The notes under the pieces are model-generated. The model was not told where the DNA came from and did not search any database. It worked only from the letters and a program-made list of their open reading frames with translations. Source: a virus. Taken from it: a stretch of 64,000 nucleotides of DNA. This document shows positions 37,856 to 47,813 of this stretch, in pieces. Location of the stretch: IMG/VR virus record IMGVR_UViG_3300037155_000072, positions 1 through 64,000 of that record; one strand, given 5' to 3'. Position numbers and translations under genes: made by a program. How positions within the stretch are numbered: the stretch's first letter is position 1; every line of letters starts with the position of its first letter.

Positions 37856-38761
37856 CTATGCGCCAAGAACCGACTTCGCGAAGTTCAGAAACTCCGGAGA
37901 ATTTTTTTGGTTCGGCACGCAGACTGGAATCCAGCTCTGCACTCCCGCGCCCCACTTCTCCTCCCGCGAAGAAAAAGCGTAGCTCCAGGTCGTGTAGCCT
38001 CCGGAGATTGCGCCAGTAAAGGGGTCGGTTTTCTTCTTCAGGCAGCCCATTACCCGAGCCGGGAACAGCACGCGCCTGGCGGCCGCGTTGTAGAGGGACC
38101 CTTTGAAGTTCCACATGGCCAGGGCGTAGAATTTGCCTTCCACCTCGAAAGTAAAGTCGGTCTCGTTATCCTTGGCAATTTCCGGCCGCTCAATCGCGAG
38201 CATGCAATCCGCCCCGCACTCGAAGCGTTTCATGCCGTCTTTTTCCTTGAGCTTCCATTCGTTGTAGTCCAAGGTGCCCCCACTGTCGCGGACTTCCTTT
38301 TCGGTTTTCACAATCGTGCCGCGAACGCCGCCCTCGAATTTCACCTTTTCGTAGTAGAGCGTATCCTTGAAGCCGAGCACGGTCATGATAACCGGAGCAG
38401 TAGCGGGACGCTCCAGGGTCTGGGTCTGGGTGTTCACCTTGCCGGGAACGAACAGCTCCACTTGCTTGCTGTAGACGATGGTTCCGTTTTCGAAACTCTC
38501 GGTCATACCGCCGAGATTCTGCACGAGGTTGAGCCGGGGCAGAATGATGTCCTTCATTTCCGGCAGCCGGTCACCGAGAAGGAGCCCGGACGAAGTTGCG
38601 GGAAGTTGTGATGCAGCCGGAGTAGGAGCGCCCGCACCGACCTGGGAGTCGGTATTTCTGACCACTCCGGCGGGAGTCGCTACGGGGGTTACGGTTGAAG
38701 CCACGTCCAACACTGCGTTAGCAGGAGTAGCGGGAGTTTTGTCGCTGAAGTTTACTTCCAT
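37856..38761 (-). CDS. Putative single-stranded DNA-binding / replication protein
   Basis: DIILPRLNLVQ motif, aromatic beta-rich core, high codon bias, located between the Cas4-like nuclease and polA. Confidence 0.5.
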   Translation of the reverse strand: MEVNFSDKTPATPANAVLDVASTVTPVATPAGVVRNTDSQVGAGAPTPAASQLPATSSGLLLGDRLPEMKDIILPRLNLVQNLGGMTESFENGTIVYSKQVELFVPGKVNTQTQTLERPATAPVIMTVLGFKDTLYYEKVKFEGGVRGTIVKTEKEVRDSGGTLDYNEWKLKEKDGMKRFECGADCMLAIERPEIAKDNETDFTFEVEGKFYALAMWNFKGSLYNAAARRVLFPARVMGCLKKKTDPFTGAISGGYTTWSYAFSSREEKWGAGVQSWIPVCVPNQKNSPEFLNFAKSVLGA

Positions 38762-38836
38762 ATATGTGCTTTTGTGTTTTGTGTTTTTGATTTACTATTT
38801 ACCAAAGTGTATCAGGATTTTTTCGTCTCACTACCT

Positions 38837-40060
38837 TTATTTTTTATCCTTCGCCCCCGCCACTCGAAGAAAAGTGAAATTGTCTCCCGGCTTAACGGAA
38901 CCGGATGACAACAGCTCTTTCTGAAACTGGTCCACCATGGCGGTCTTTTTCCCGCGCGGGGTTTTGTTCGAAATCGTTTCCTCGATGGGCGTCAAGTGGT
39001 AGTCTGCTTCCCGAGCCAGTTCCTCGGGAGTGAGATATTTCAGCGCGACCTGTTTGAAGATTTCGAGGTTATCGATTTTCCTTCGGCCGCCGCCTTGAGC
39101 CAAGGCGTAGCCCTCCGGCATATCGCACTTGCCCTGTAGCACGCGGTCAAGATTTCTCTGACGAAAACCATCAGCCCAGATTTTCACCACCGATGAAAGC
39201 GTCATTGCTAGCGCACTTTGGTGCGCGTCAAGGATGGTGTGCGAGTCTATCGAATCGGGGAATTCCAAAGGCGCGAACTTCTTCGCAATCTTCAGCGCGT
39301 TCGTCAGATGTATTGGACACTCCGCGATGTGGCGACAGAAGTTGCAGACCGGAACATACGGCGTCGCCATAGACCAATCGCCCTTTGCCAGCAGTCCCCG
39401 CGCCTTCCTGGCGCGGGCCACGACAGTTTGCACCCGCAGGTAGAGCTCCGGAACCATGGCCCTTGTAAAAAGTGCGTCAGTCAGGGAGTCTAAGGGCGGC
39501 TGCTTAAAGAAAAATCGAACTGCCCGGAGCCAGGGGTATTTTTTGAACAGGCCCAGCGCATAAGAGATACCCTGTAGGTTTTTGTCTGCATCTTCCACCG
39601 GCCACATGCCGAATTTCCAGTCATGAAGTTCACCGTAGAAAAAGGCACGGACGAGAAAAGCGTTGTCCACATATCCGGCCGTAGTCGCTTTGCAGTCGGC
39701 GAATTCACAGTCGTCAATCGGTAGGTAGACCTCGGTCAGCTCCTGGACAATATAGTCATCGGAGAGTCCGGCCTTGTTCGTGGGACTGGCCGAGTAAGCT
39801 TTGTTTGCCGCCTCCTGCAATTCAGCCCGGCGTTTCTCTCGAAAGTCAATGCACTCGGCGGCCGCGAGCGCGTCCTCGTCCGATATGCTGTTGTTGTCTT
39901 CTCCGCTCTCCACTACTCCGTGCGCTAGCGTCCCGGCTATGCTGCGTTCATTCTGCGAGTCCCGGCCCTGGTAGCACGGACATGCTTCTGTGTTCTGGAG
40001 CGTGGAGGGTGAAAATGGGTGGTGGCTGCGCTCTGTTGCTGATTCGGTGGGTGTGGTCAT
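38837..40060 (-). CDS. Cas4-like PD-(D/E)XK exonuclease (DUF2800 type)
   Basis: H..FSPS..CP, GTLAH, GYVD, DWKFG, Q.ISYALG, CNFC...CP. Confidence 0.85.
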   Translation of the reverse strand: MTTPTESATERSHHPFSPSTLQNTEACPCYQGRDSQNERSIAGTLAHGVVESGEDNNSISDEDALAAAECIDFREKRRAELQEAANKAYSASPTNKAGLSDDYIVQELTEVYLPIDDCEFADCKATTAGYVDNAFLVRAFFYGELHDWKFGMWPVEDADKNLQGISYALGLFKKYPWLRAVRFFFKQPPLDSLTDALFTRAMVPELYLRVQTVVARARKARGLLAKGDWSMATPYVPVCNFCRHIAECPIHLTNALKIAKKFAPLEFPDSIDSHTILDAHQSALAMTLSSVVKIWADGFRQRNLDRVLQGKCDMPEGYALAQGGGRRKIDNLEIFKQVALKYLTPEELAREADYHLTPIEETISNKTPRGKKTAMVDQFQKELLSSGSVKPGDNFTFLRVAGAKDKK

Positions 40061-40551
40061 ATTTTATTTAAAAGGGTGAAAGGTCCAAAAAACTTTTGGG
40101 CAGCGGCATTGTAGGCCCTGGCAGCGTCTTCTTCCGTTTGAAAACAGCCGAGGTAATATCGGCGTTTCTGGTGTTGAATTTGTGCCTGAAATGGGCCGTC
40201 TTTACGGTGGACGACGCCTTTAAATTTACTTGTGGTCGCGTCCAAGTGCTTCCGTGCGTTGGCCTGATTCTGGGAAGCTGTCGCTACTCGCAGGTTCCCT
40301 CGCCGATTTCGCAGGCCGTTAGAATCCCAGTGGTCAACCTCGACGGATGGGTCCGTTATTCCCAAGACCTCTCGGTGGAACATTCGTTTCGTGTATAGTC
40401 CCGAAGCGAGTCGGACCTTTCGGACGACATACCGAAGTCTACCTCCAGGCGGTGCCCAGGTAAACCAGTTAAACCGCTCCGCTAGCGGGCGGTCCCTCTC
40501 GTCGAAGAGGAAAACATGACCGCCCGCTAGTATCCTATAGGCTCCGCTCAT
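40057..40551 (-). CDS. HNH-AP2 homing endonuclease
   Basis: VDHWDSNGLRNRRGNLR plus AP2 domain. Confidence 0.88.
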   Translation of the reverse strand: MSGAYRILAGGHVFLFDERDRPLAERFNWFTWAPPGGRLRYVVRKVRLASGLYTKRMFHREVLGITDPSVEVDHWDSNGLRNRRGNLRVATASQNQANARKHLDATTSKFKGVVHRKDGPFQAQIQHQKRRYYLGCFQTEEDAARAYNAAAQKFFGPFTLLNKI

Positions 40552-40558
40552 TACCCCG

Positions 40559-40783
40559 CTACTCTACCCCAGTATCGGGACAAGCTACAACCCTTTTCAG
40601 GCCGGATTGAATTTTATAGAGCGCCTGCCGCTCTATCCGGCTAACCATCTGCTGGCTAATCCCCAGCCGCCGGGCCACCTCGGTTTGCGACATTACCTGG
40701 GTCAGTTTTGAAGCTAGAGCACCGCCAATCCGGAGCTGCTCTTTGAACCCGAAACTCTTCTGCGAGTTGCTCCGCGGTTTCAT
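40559..40783 (-). CDS. Small sigma-region-4-like HTH protein
   Basis: MSQTEVARRLGISQQMVSRIERQALYKI. Confidence 0.75.
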   Translation of the reverse strand: MKPRSNSQKSFGFKEQLRIGGALASKLTQVMSQTEVARRLGISQQMVSRIERQALYKIQSGLKRVVACPDTGVE

Positions 40784-41037
40784 GGATTTAGGAGTCGTGG
40801 CGCGATGCCCAAGTGAAGACCCCGCTCCACCAGCGTCCGAATCTGCGCGTTGGCCGGCCCGACCTCCTCGCGGAGGTTGCGAATAAACAGCTTTCGGTTT
40901 TCATCCGTGATTGACTCGTCGTTTTCGAGGTGGTCAATCCTGGCCTGCGCGGCGCGGGTCAGTGTGAGGAGCTCATGAATCCGGCGCGGGATGCGGCGGA
41001 TGCGGTTAGCTATTTGATGTTTTTGTATTCCAGTCAT
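40780..41037 (-). CDS. Hypothetical protein
   Basis: 85-aa ORF overlapping the start of the HTH gene. Confidence 0.5.
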   Translation of the reverse strand: MTGIQKHQIANRIRRIPRRIHELLTLTRAAQARIDHLENDESITDENRKLFIRNLREEVGPANAQIRTLVERGLHLGIAPRLLNP

Positions 41038-41095
41038 TAGTTTTTATGGGGCTTAGGGTGCTGGATGCCCCGTCCAGTTTTGTGTTTACCGAAAA

Positions 41096-41266
41096 TCAAT
41101 ATTTCTTCATCACCCGCTTCTCCGTCGGCGACCAGCCGTGGTCTACCGCGTTCAGCAACCGTTTTTGCGCGGCCGCCTTCTTAGGCGTGGTGGATTTTGA
41201 TTTTATTCCGTTCGGAGTCCGGACCTGGACTCGTCCCTTACCAACCGATTTTGTAGTTATAGGCAT
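41096..41266 (-). CDS. Small basic protein, 56 aa (not in the ORF track)
   Basis: MPITTKSVGKGRVQVRTPNGIKSKSTTPKKAAAQKRLLNAVDHGWSPTEKRVMKKY; preceded by TTGACA-N15-TAGACT. Confidence 0.7.
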   Translation of the reverse strand: MPITTKSVGKGRVQVRTPNGIKSKSTTPKKAAAQKRLLNAVDHGWSPTEKRVMKKY

Positions 41267-41398
41267 ACCCAAAAGTCTACATTAACAACATGAATGTCAA
41301 CCAAATCCAAATGATATTCCGAAGAATAATCCGGTCAGATACGTGGGTTCTGAGATTTTTCATGAGATTAAACGCAGATTCCTATATTTTTCTCGGTT

Positions 41399-42031
41399 TT
41401 AAGGTTCAAAAAGAATCTCCCTCGCGTGGTCTAAATAGTCCGGGGTATTTAAACACTTCAGACAAGGGTTCAGCCGAGTTCCCGGGACGAGGGTCGGGGG
41501 TAGCCACCAGAATATGTGACGAAACTCTACCCCGCAATAACTCCGAATGTATTCAACGGGTTGCCCGGTGCGATAACGAAGTAGCATAGCGCCGAATTCG
41601 TTTGTCGCCACATGAACCACCAAGTCCCGTTGGCGGACGCTGATTTGCGCTGGAACTCCGGACTGTTCGCAGAATCGGACTATGAGGGCGGCAAGGAGGA
41701 GAGTTGGCTTTGGGTCCTGGCCCTCATAGACGCGCAGCGAGGTGAATTCCCGGTTGGCCCCTGGGAGTATCGGGATTCGCTGTGCGTCCGCCGATAGCCG
41801 CGTTGCGCGTTTCAACTCTTTCCCCCGGAGGAAAGAGAGCACGGGCTTGTATCGGCGGACAATAGACGGGTAGGCTTCTTTGGCGTCGCGCACCAGGAAG
41901 TGAATCGTCTCACCACAGTCCTTCTCCCAGGCTGCCCGTAGCGCCCGGTGGTAGGCCGCCGTGACGCGGCAGAGGGTATTTGAATGGCTCAGCCGGAGGA
42001 GCTGGCCGAACGTGAGATTTGCGATATTCAT
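41399..42031 (-). CDS. Hypothetical protein
   Basis: 210-aa ORF in the early-gene orientation. Confidence 0.55.
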   Translation of the reverse strand: MNIANLTFGQLLRLSHSNTLCRVTAAYHRALRAAWEKDCGETIHFLVRDAKEAYPSIVRRYKPVLSFLRGKELKRATRLSADAQRIPILPGANREFTSLRVYEGQDPKPTLLLAALIVRFCEQSGVPAQISVRQRDLVVHVATNEFGAMLLRYRTGQPVEYIRSYCGVEFRHIFWWLPPTLVPGTRLNPCLKCLNTPDYLDHAREILFEP

Positions 42032-42116
42032 CTTTTACGCCATAACCAAATTGCGAACGCGACCTCCGCCGCTGCGACGGGGATTAGCATAACTAGAACT
42101 AAGCAGTCGAAATAAC

Positions 42117-42365
42117 TCATTCGAAAAACCTTTCCACGAGCGTATTGCGCGCGTCCTGCGAGTTGACCGACAACCAGCGGCGCACAAAGTCGGCCGCCAG
42201 CTTGGGGCGGAGGAACACCGTGTTCCTGAACTTCGCGGAGTGCAGGACGATGCCCCGCTTAGAGTCCCCGGACCAGGAGCAGAGCCGGTCAAAGTTATTT
42301 TCGGCCTTGACCGCTTTGACGGCGGCCCTACGGTTCATTTCTACGATTTCAGCGAGTGCGAACAT
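42117..42365 (-). CDS. Hypothetical protein
   Basis: 82-aa ORF in an operon. Confidence 0.55.
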   Translation of the reverse strand: MFALAEIVEMNRRAAVKAVKAENNFDRLCSWSGDSKRGIVLHSAKFRNTVFLRPKLAADFVRRWLSVNSQDARNTLVERFFE

Positions 42366-42371
42366 AGGATT

Positions 42372-42575
42372 TTAGTTCAGGTTGAGGAATGTTTCAGCGT
42401 CGCCAATCCAGCACGAGCAGCCGGGGGCGTTGTGGGCCGGGTGATTCGAGGGGAGATACGCGTTCTTCAGGAGCCAAGCGCCCTTGTTGCAGAGCTCGTC
42501 GTGGCGTTTGACTGCCAGCGCGCGGCGAAGCAGGACTTTCGCCTGCTCCAAAAGTTCGTTTTGTTTATCGTTCAT
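42372..42575 (-). CDS. Hypothetical protein (leaderless)
   Basis: TTGACA(42604-42609)-N16-TATTGT(42582-42587), 6 nt before the ATG. Confidence 0.6.
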   Translation of the reverse strand: MNDKQNELLEQAKVLLRRALAVKRHDELCNKGAWLLKNAYLPSNHPAHNAPGCSCWIGDAETFLNLN

Positions 42576-42622
42576 GCCTACACAATATCAAACCCTGGCC
42601 CGATGTCAACACTCTACAACCT

Positions 42623-43135
42623 TTATTTTACGGTTGTAGTTGAGCTTATAGGGAAGTTAAGACGGGCGAATTCTCCGAAATACTTGAGGGCGGCACGGTC
42701 ATAGGCTCGGGCGGCCTCTTCTTCGGTAGAAAAGAGGCCCAAATGAATTGCGCCCTCGCGCGGTTGTAAGAGTGCCCTCCAGGGATTCAGTTGGCTCCCT
42801 GACCGACTTACGCCCTTGAACGCACTGGCACAGAGAGAAAACTTTCTCCGATTGCCTTGGTTTTGCGTCGGAGTTGCCTCCCGCAGGTTCGCGCGTCGAT
42901 TGTCCAAACCAATTCCGTCAATGTGGTCGGCCCGATTAATCCAGCCCCATCGTTGGGCTAAGTTTTGGTGCATAAGATACTGCCGCTGTCGCCCGTCTTC
43001 CAGACGCCGCTGCCGCCCCGCATAAAAATTCCCGTTCGGACGGCGCACAGCAAACCACTCCCATTGAGTTAAATATTCAAAACTATCGTCATCCACGATT
43101 GCCACCTGAGATTGAGTAAGGAGGATTGTATTCAT
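42623..43135 (-). CDS. HNH-AP2 homing endonuclease
   Basis: Start MNTILLTQ; [17 protein letters not shown] plus AP2 domain. Confidence 0.88.
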   Translation of the reverse strand: MNTILLTQSQVAIVDDDSFEYLTQWEWFAVRRPNGNFYAGRQRRLEDGRQRQYLMHQNLAQRWGWINRADHIDGIGLDNRRANLREATPTQNQGNRRKFSLCASAFKGVSRSGSQLNPWRALLQPREGAIHLGLFSTEEEAARAYDRAALKYFGEFARLNFPISSTTTVK

Positions 43136-44630
43136 GTAAATTTTAGATTGTCGGGAGTTAAGTCGCCGTCTGTCAGAGCATCCAAACAGTTTAATTTTCC
43201 GACCAGACTTCGGTGCATTTTCACTTCTACCGTCCCAGCAGCAAAAATCACCCTGTAGTAGGACCGGCTCTTGCCATTTTCTCTTTGGAAGCGTCCAAAG
43301 ACTTGCTGGAGCGTCACGGCCGAGAAGCAGGGAGAAACCAACCCGACACGAGGAAAAGCCCCGTGTAGGTCGTGCAGAGAGAGGCAGACGCCCCCCGCTT
43401 CGGAGTTGACGAGGAGCGACCGGCATACGTTGTCTTGAAATAGGTCAACCGTTTTCTCACGAGTGCGAACCGACTCCGGGCTGCCGTCTATAATCCTGGC
43501 CTTCGGCAGTAATTTCTGGAGCTCTTCAATCGTTTGCCGGAAGTTCAGGAATATCGCCACTGAAAAGCCCTTATCCAGGTAATCCTGCGCGAGCTCGGTG
43601 AAAATGGGCACTTTCAGCAACTCCACCTCTTGCCGGAGCCGAAGGATTTTTGTCAGCGGATGCTCGGGGTCTTTATCCGCGTCCCGGCACTCGCGCAGGC
43701 GGCCCAGGGCCTCGGACATCTGCGAGTAGGCCCCGTTGATTTTCTCCGGGTCGTCAATGTCGTAGAGCTCGGCCTGGATGTCGCGTTCGGGGAAGCCGGG
43801 GATGTCTTCGGCGGTGACACGAACGCCGCGTTCGGGAATAATTGAGGCTCGGATTTGCGCCATCGTTTCTTGAAGCTCTGTTTGACCTCCGAAATATTTC
43901 CAACCATGCCAGCGAGGGTCGTAGCGGCAGCCAAAAGATTCGGCCCACCGTTTAAACGACGGGGAGCGAAGCTGGACGCCTAGCTTGGCCGGGCCAACCT
44001 TGTCCGCGTCTAGATTGTGCAAGTCGAGTAGGTATCCAAGCGCACGGAATTGTATCGGACTATGCGCCAACGTCGCGGAAAGCCCAAGGACTTTATGAGG
44101 GCCTCGTTTCGCTCCAATGAGCATGTCCGCATTAAGAGAATCGACGCCATTACATCGGTGTGTTTCATCGAAAATGATGGTTCCGATTGACGGATGAAAA
44201 CTAAAATGGCCGTAACGCGGAGCCCGGCGCTTGACGACGATGCAGTGTATCCCTCGTGGGTGATGCGGACACGGTTGCGGCTTAATAGGGTCAATCCGGC
44301 ACTGGCAAATCTCACAGTGCAGAAAAGTAGTCGGTTGAATATTCTCGTTGCTCCATTTTCCGAAAGGAGAACGGCCAGTCCGTAGCATCTCATAACCTAT
44401 GACACTGATTTTTTCTCCGAGGTATTCCGCTGCGCGTTCCCAGGAGGACCGAGCAATTTTCGGAGCGACCACCAAAGTAGGCAGCCCCAGACTGATTCCG
44501 ACAGCAGTGCCCACATACGTTTTGCCAGTCCCGGTCCCACTGCAATCGACGGCACTGCCTCGGGTTTGCAGCACGGCCCGCAGGTGCGAGAAGGGCGCGC
44601 GTTGGTGTGGTCTAAGTTTTTCATTCAGGT
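43132..44630 (-). CDS. Superfamily 2 helicase (start uncertain)
   Basis: [30 protein letters not shown]; CxxC..C.H..H.C insert. Confidence 0.88.
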
Positions 44631-44827
44631 CCGAATTGCTTAGCAAGAGAATCCTCCTGGCACCATTCTGCGTGCTCGTTGGTGATTGTGCCGCAGGTAT
44701 CACATCTGGCTAGCGCCCCACACTTAGGGCATTCATATCCGTAGACGAATCGCTGAAGTCCAACGCCGATGTCTACTTCCTCGGCGCATTCTTCACAGCC
44801 CTCAAGGTTGCATCGGGGACACCTCAT
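44621..44827 (-). CDS. Small Cys-rich zinc-finger protein
   Basis: MRCPRC...VDIGVG...CPKC..CDTC. Confidence 0.55.
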   Translation of the reverse strand: MRCPRCNLEGCEECAEEVDIGVGLQRFVYGYECPKCGALARCDTCGTITNEHAEWCQEDSLAKQFGPE

Positions 44828-45114
44828 GGGACTCCTAAACACACGTGGGGGCCAAAGCAGTTGCACAATGGGCAGGGCTCATCGCGAAAAACGGTGGGTC
44901 CGAGAATCTTGGGCACCTTGTCGAGCTCCGGCTCGCGGTTCTCGTCTTTGAATTTATAGGTTCCTGGGGCGCGGTTGGTTTCACCGGGCGACGCGTCGTT
45001 GTTGTCGATTGCAGTTTTTTCACTCATAATCAGTAGTCACTCAGTCAAGGTCGTGGAGCACCCCAAAGTAGAACGCGAGCAGGAAGACGAAAAGCGCGAG
45101 GTGCCAGAGGTGCA

Positions 45115-45339
45115 TCAGTTTCTAGAAAAGTCCTGGGGTTCGCCCCAGCCAATTCGTTTCGACGCTTCCACGAACGCGTTCACGTCTTTGTGCCTCAGCT
45201 CGCGCAGCCGGACCAACCAATACTGACCAGTCTCACCGCACACCCATTGCTCGCCGGGCTTGGCGAACCTAACCACAGCGAGGAGTTGCTCTACTCCTTT
45301 GGCGTCGATGGTTGCTTTATTTTCGGGCGTCAGGTCCAT
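45115..45339 (-). CDS. Hypothetical protein
   Basis: 74-aa ORF with GETGQYW...ASKRIGW. Confidence 0.55.
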   Translation of the reverse strand: MDLTPENKATIDAKGVEQLLAVVRFAKPGEQWVCGETGQYWLVRLRELRHKDVNAFVEASKRIGWGEPQDFSRN

Positions 45340-45510
45340 ATTAGTCCGGCGACTGCGAGCCTCTAAAATCCTCCCGGATTACAAACCACATCAGCACGAG
45401 AACGACCACCACGAGACTCCCCACGAAAACGGGAAAGCACTCGTAAGCGACGGCCCCTAACCCCAGTAGCGTTCCCATAACGCAAGAAGCCTTAATTCCA
45501 GGTGTAATTT

Positions 45511-45972
45511 TCATGAGTGTAGTTTTGCAACAGCGCGCATGTGTTCATGAAGGGCCTCGTCGGTCAGGTTCCTCAACTGAGTCCCGTCAAGAGTTTGGTT
45601 GGGGGAGCCGGGGTCTTTCAACTTCTCGGCTTCAATTTCCTTCTGAAGCAGGGCCAGCGCGCGCCATGCCATTTTCACCGAATGGCGGACCCCGTCGGTG
45701 TCCATAGTGCCGCGTTGGAGAAAATGGCGCATCATCGTGTCCGCTTCGTCTGCTGACTTTCCACGCGCCCAGTGTAAAGGCTGCCCAGGGTTATGCTGTT
45801 CGTTCCCGCGGCGGGATAGATTCGCAATGGCACAGATTGCATCTGGGAAGTAGTCCAGGAACCCCGAGGCGACTGGGAACATCTTGCGCTCGTCAGCCTT
45901 CAACGGGAGAGTAGTGGCTCGGGTGGGCGCGCCGCCAATGCCCGTCATGGCGTAGGGTGTGCTGGCGCTCAT
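45511..45972 (-). CDS. DUF5664 dATP/dGTP diphosphohydrolase-like protein
   Basis: YFPDAI.AIA.LS..GN.QH...W...RH....D.DG.RH....AWRALALL pattern. Confidence 0.7.
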   Translation of the reverse strand: MSASTPYAMTGIGGAPTRATTLPLKADERKMFPVASGFLDYFPDAICAIANLSRRGNEQHNPGQPLHWARGKSADEADTMMRHFLQRGTMDTDGVRHSVKMAWRALALLQKEIEAEKLKDPGSPNQTLDGTQLRNLTDEALHEHMRAVAKLHS

Positions 45973-46532
45973 ACTAAATCAATCTGGACGCGGTAGTCCT
46001 CGGAGTGTGGTAAGTCGGTGAGGTTAAAACTCCCGTCGTGGGTAGGGTGAATGAACTGAAATGGGATGCCGAATCCTCGGGCTATCTCGATTTCCGCAGC
46101 CACCCCGGTAGACTCGCGCCAGCCCGGCAACGTGAGAATAACGAACCGGCAGGAGAGTTGGATAAACTCGGTGTCTATCCGCTTCCAGAAATTCCAATCC
46201 CCTTTTACCTCGGGGTAGAGCACGTGAATGGGGTGCGAGTGGGTAATCGGACTGAGAATATTCCAGCCGCAAGTATTAATAAGATACCCCGCTGCACGAG
46301 TCACTGCCTCGAATCTAAATCGCTGCACGAGCTCAGTGATTCGTTTGTCCGGAGACTTGTAAGAGTAGGGCACCGCGAGATAGGTGAGTGGCGCGGCAAC
46401 TAATCCGTGAAAAGGTTTCTTCTTCACGCTGTCCGGCTCCGGTAGAGTGAGTTTTACGGGTAGCACGTGCCGGTAGGTTTCAATCCCACCAACTAAGGGA
46501 GGACAGGAGTTGTCTATTTCTGGATTGTTCAT
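45969..46532 (-). CDS. DUF1937 nucleoside deoxyribosyltransferase-like protein
   Basis: YLAVPYS, SPITHSH, W...D, LPGWRESTGV.AEI. Confidence 0.75.
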   Translation of the reverse strand: MNNPEIDNSCPPLVGGIETYRHVLPVKLTLPEPDSVKKKPFHGLVAAPLTYLAVPYSYKSPDKRITELVQRFRFEAVTRAAGYLINTCGWNILSPITHSHPIHVLYPEVKGDWNFWKRIDTEFIQLSCRFVILTLPGWRESTGVAAEIEIARGFGIPFQFIHPTHDGSFNLTDLPHSEDYRVQIDLV

Positions 46533-46535
46533 AGT

Positions 46536-47525
46536 TTATTCGAAAGCGGAAAAGGTTTCAACCGGTGCCGCATCCAGCGACGTGAGGAATTCCTGGACGG
46601 TCCAGACGCGTGTCGAGGGAGGCGCTTCCGGCGCGTTCCAAATCACCGGCAGCCTGTCGCCTTGCCGTTGAGCAGAGACTTTTCGAATCGCGTCCTGGTC
46701 CAGCGCGGCCGCCATATGGTCGTCTACGCCCGGTTTCTTCGTCCGTTGCATATACGCCTGGGGCGAGGTCATGACGTGGAAGTGTTGGAAGCCCGCTTCT
46801 TTGAGCGCGTTGAACCCGGCCGTGGTCGTCACGTTGGTAATTGCCACGCGGGGGAAATTCACAGACCCGGCGAAAGCAACCAGCAGCTTAATCCAAAATC
46901 CTGGTGTGCCGAAGTCCGGCCATTCTTTTGCCACCGACTGAACGAACAACCAGCGCGCGGGAGTCAGCGGCACCTCTTTCGAGATAGTGCCTTCGCCCCA
47001 GGCAAACACCGTAGGGAACAGCGTGGAAAAATGTTCGGGCTTGTTCGCGAGAGGGAACACGGCTCGGGCGGCCGCTACTAACGGAGCCGAGGCATCCAGC
47101 ACCTTTGCCTTGATTTGCTGCGCCAGCCAATCCTTCCCTACCCCAGTGCGGCCGGTGAAGAAAAAGCGAGTGTTCGTCACTGGCGCGGGTTCAGTGGCGA
47201 AGGTGGATATGTCCATAGTCGGCGGAGACGCGGACAACACGAGTGGCGCGAGCGGAGCGAGCGGAGCCTCAGTCGCGGCACCGGGGAGTGTATTCTTAAC
47301 GCTAGGCCCCACCACCGTCTTCGGGGAAGGGGCGGGCGACGTAAATAAAGGGTCGTGGTCGGTGATTGTCGCTCCGTCCGTCCGTTGCGGGCCGCTGTAA
47401 TCCTTGTCCGGGATTATCTGCGTGGTCGGAGGCAAGTCCTCCCTCTGTGCTGAGGGACTCTGTGCCACCAATGCCGCCAGGGCAGACATCGGGTCCAGGT
47501 TTTGAGGTATGTTCAGTGTTTCCAT
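46536..47525 (-). CDS. P-loop dNMP kinase-like protein with Pro-rich N-terminus
   Basis: FFTGRTGVGKDWLA Walker A; FWIK...VAITNV. Confidence 0.55.
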   Translation of the reverse strand: METLNIPQNLDPMSALAALVAQSPSAQREDLPPTTQIIPDKDYSGPQRTDGATITDHDPLFTSPAPSPKTVVGPSVKNTLPGAATEAPLAPLAPLVLSASPPTMDISTFATEPAPVTNTRFFFTGRTGVGKDWLAQQIKAKVLDASAPLVAAARAVFPLANKPEHFSTLFPTVFAWGEGTISKEVPLTPARWLFVQSVAKEWPDFGTPGFWIKLLVAFAGSVNFPRVAITNVTTTAGFNALKEAGFQHFHVMTSPQAYMQRTKKPGVDDHMAAALDQDAIRKVSAQRQGDRLPVIWNAPEAPPSTRVWTVQEFLTSLDAAPVETFSAFE

Positions 47526-47813
47526 ATTTTAATTCCGTATCGGTATCTACAAAATAGTGCGGTGGAACCTGGAGCGGGACCTCATCGGCCTCGCCCTCTA
47601 TCAGATAGACTTCTATGCAACCGTTCATAATTCATCTTTCACTGTGCCGAGGTTAGCAGTCCCTCGGCATAGTCACAACCTCATTCTACAACCCAAGCAA
47701 CGGCTGTCACACGCTGAGGTGTTGCATTCCCGGCATAGTCCATCTTTACGCACCAGTCCGCTGCTGCCTTAGTAAAAAAAGGCCCGGAACCGCAGACATA
47801 CCAAACCCAGATT

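Noticed and set aside
38837-40060. Cas4-like gene as evidence of a CRISPR-Cas system
   Set aside because: It sits in the standard phage helicase-nuclease-SSB-polymerase module; there are no other cas genes and no repeat-spacer array in the window.
45511-46532. Z-genome (2-aminoadenine) pathway
   Set aside because: No PurZ-like or HD-domain dATPase gene is recognisable in the window.
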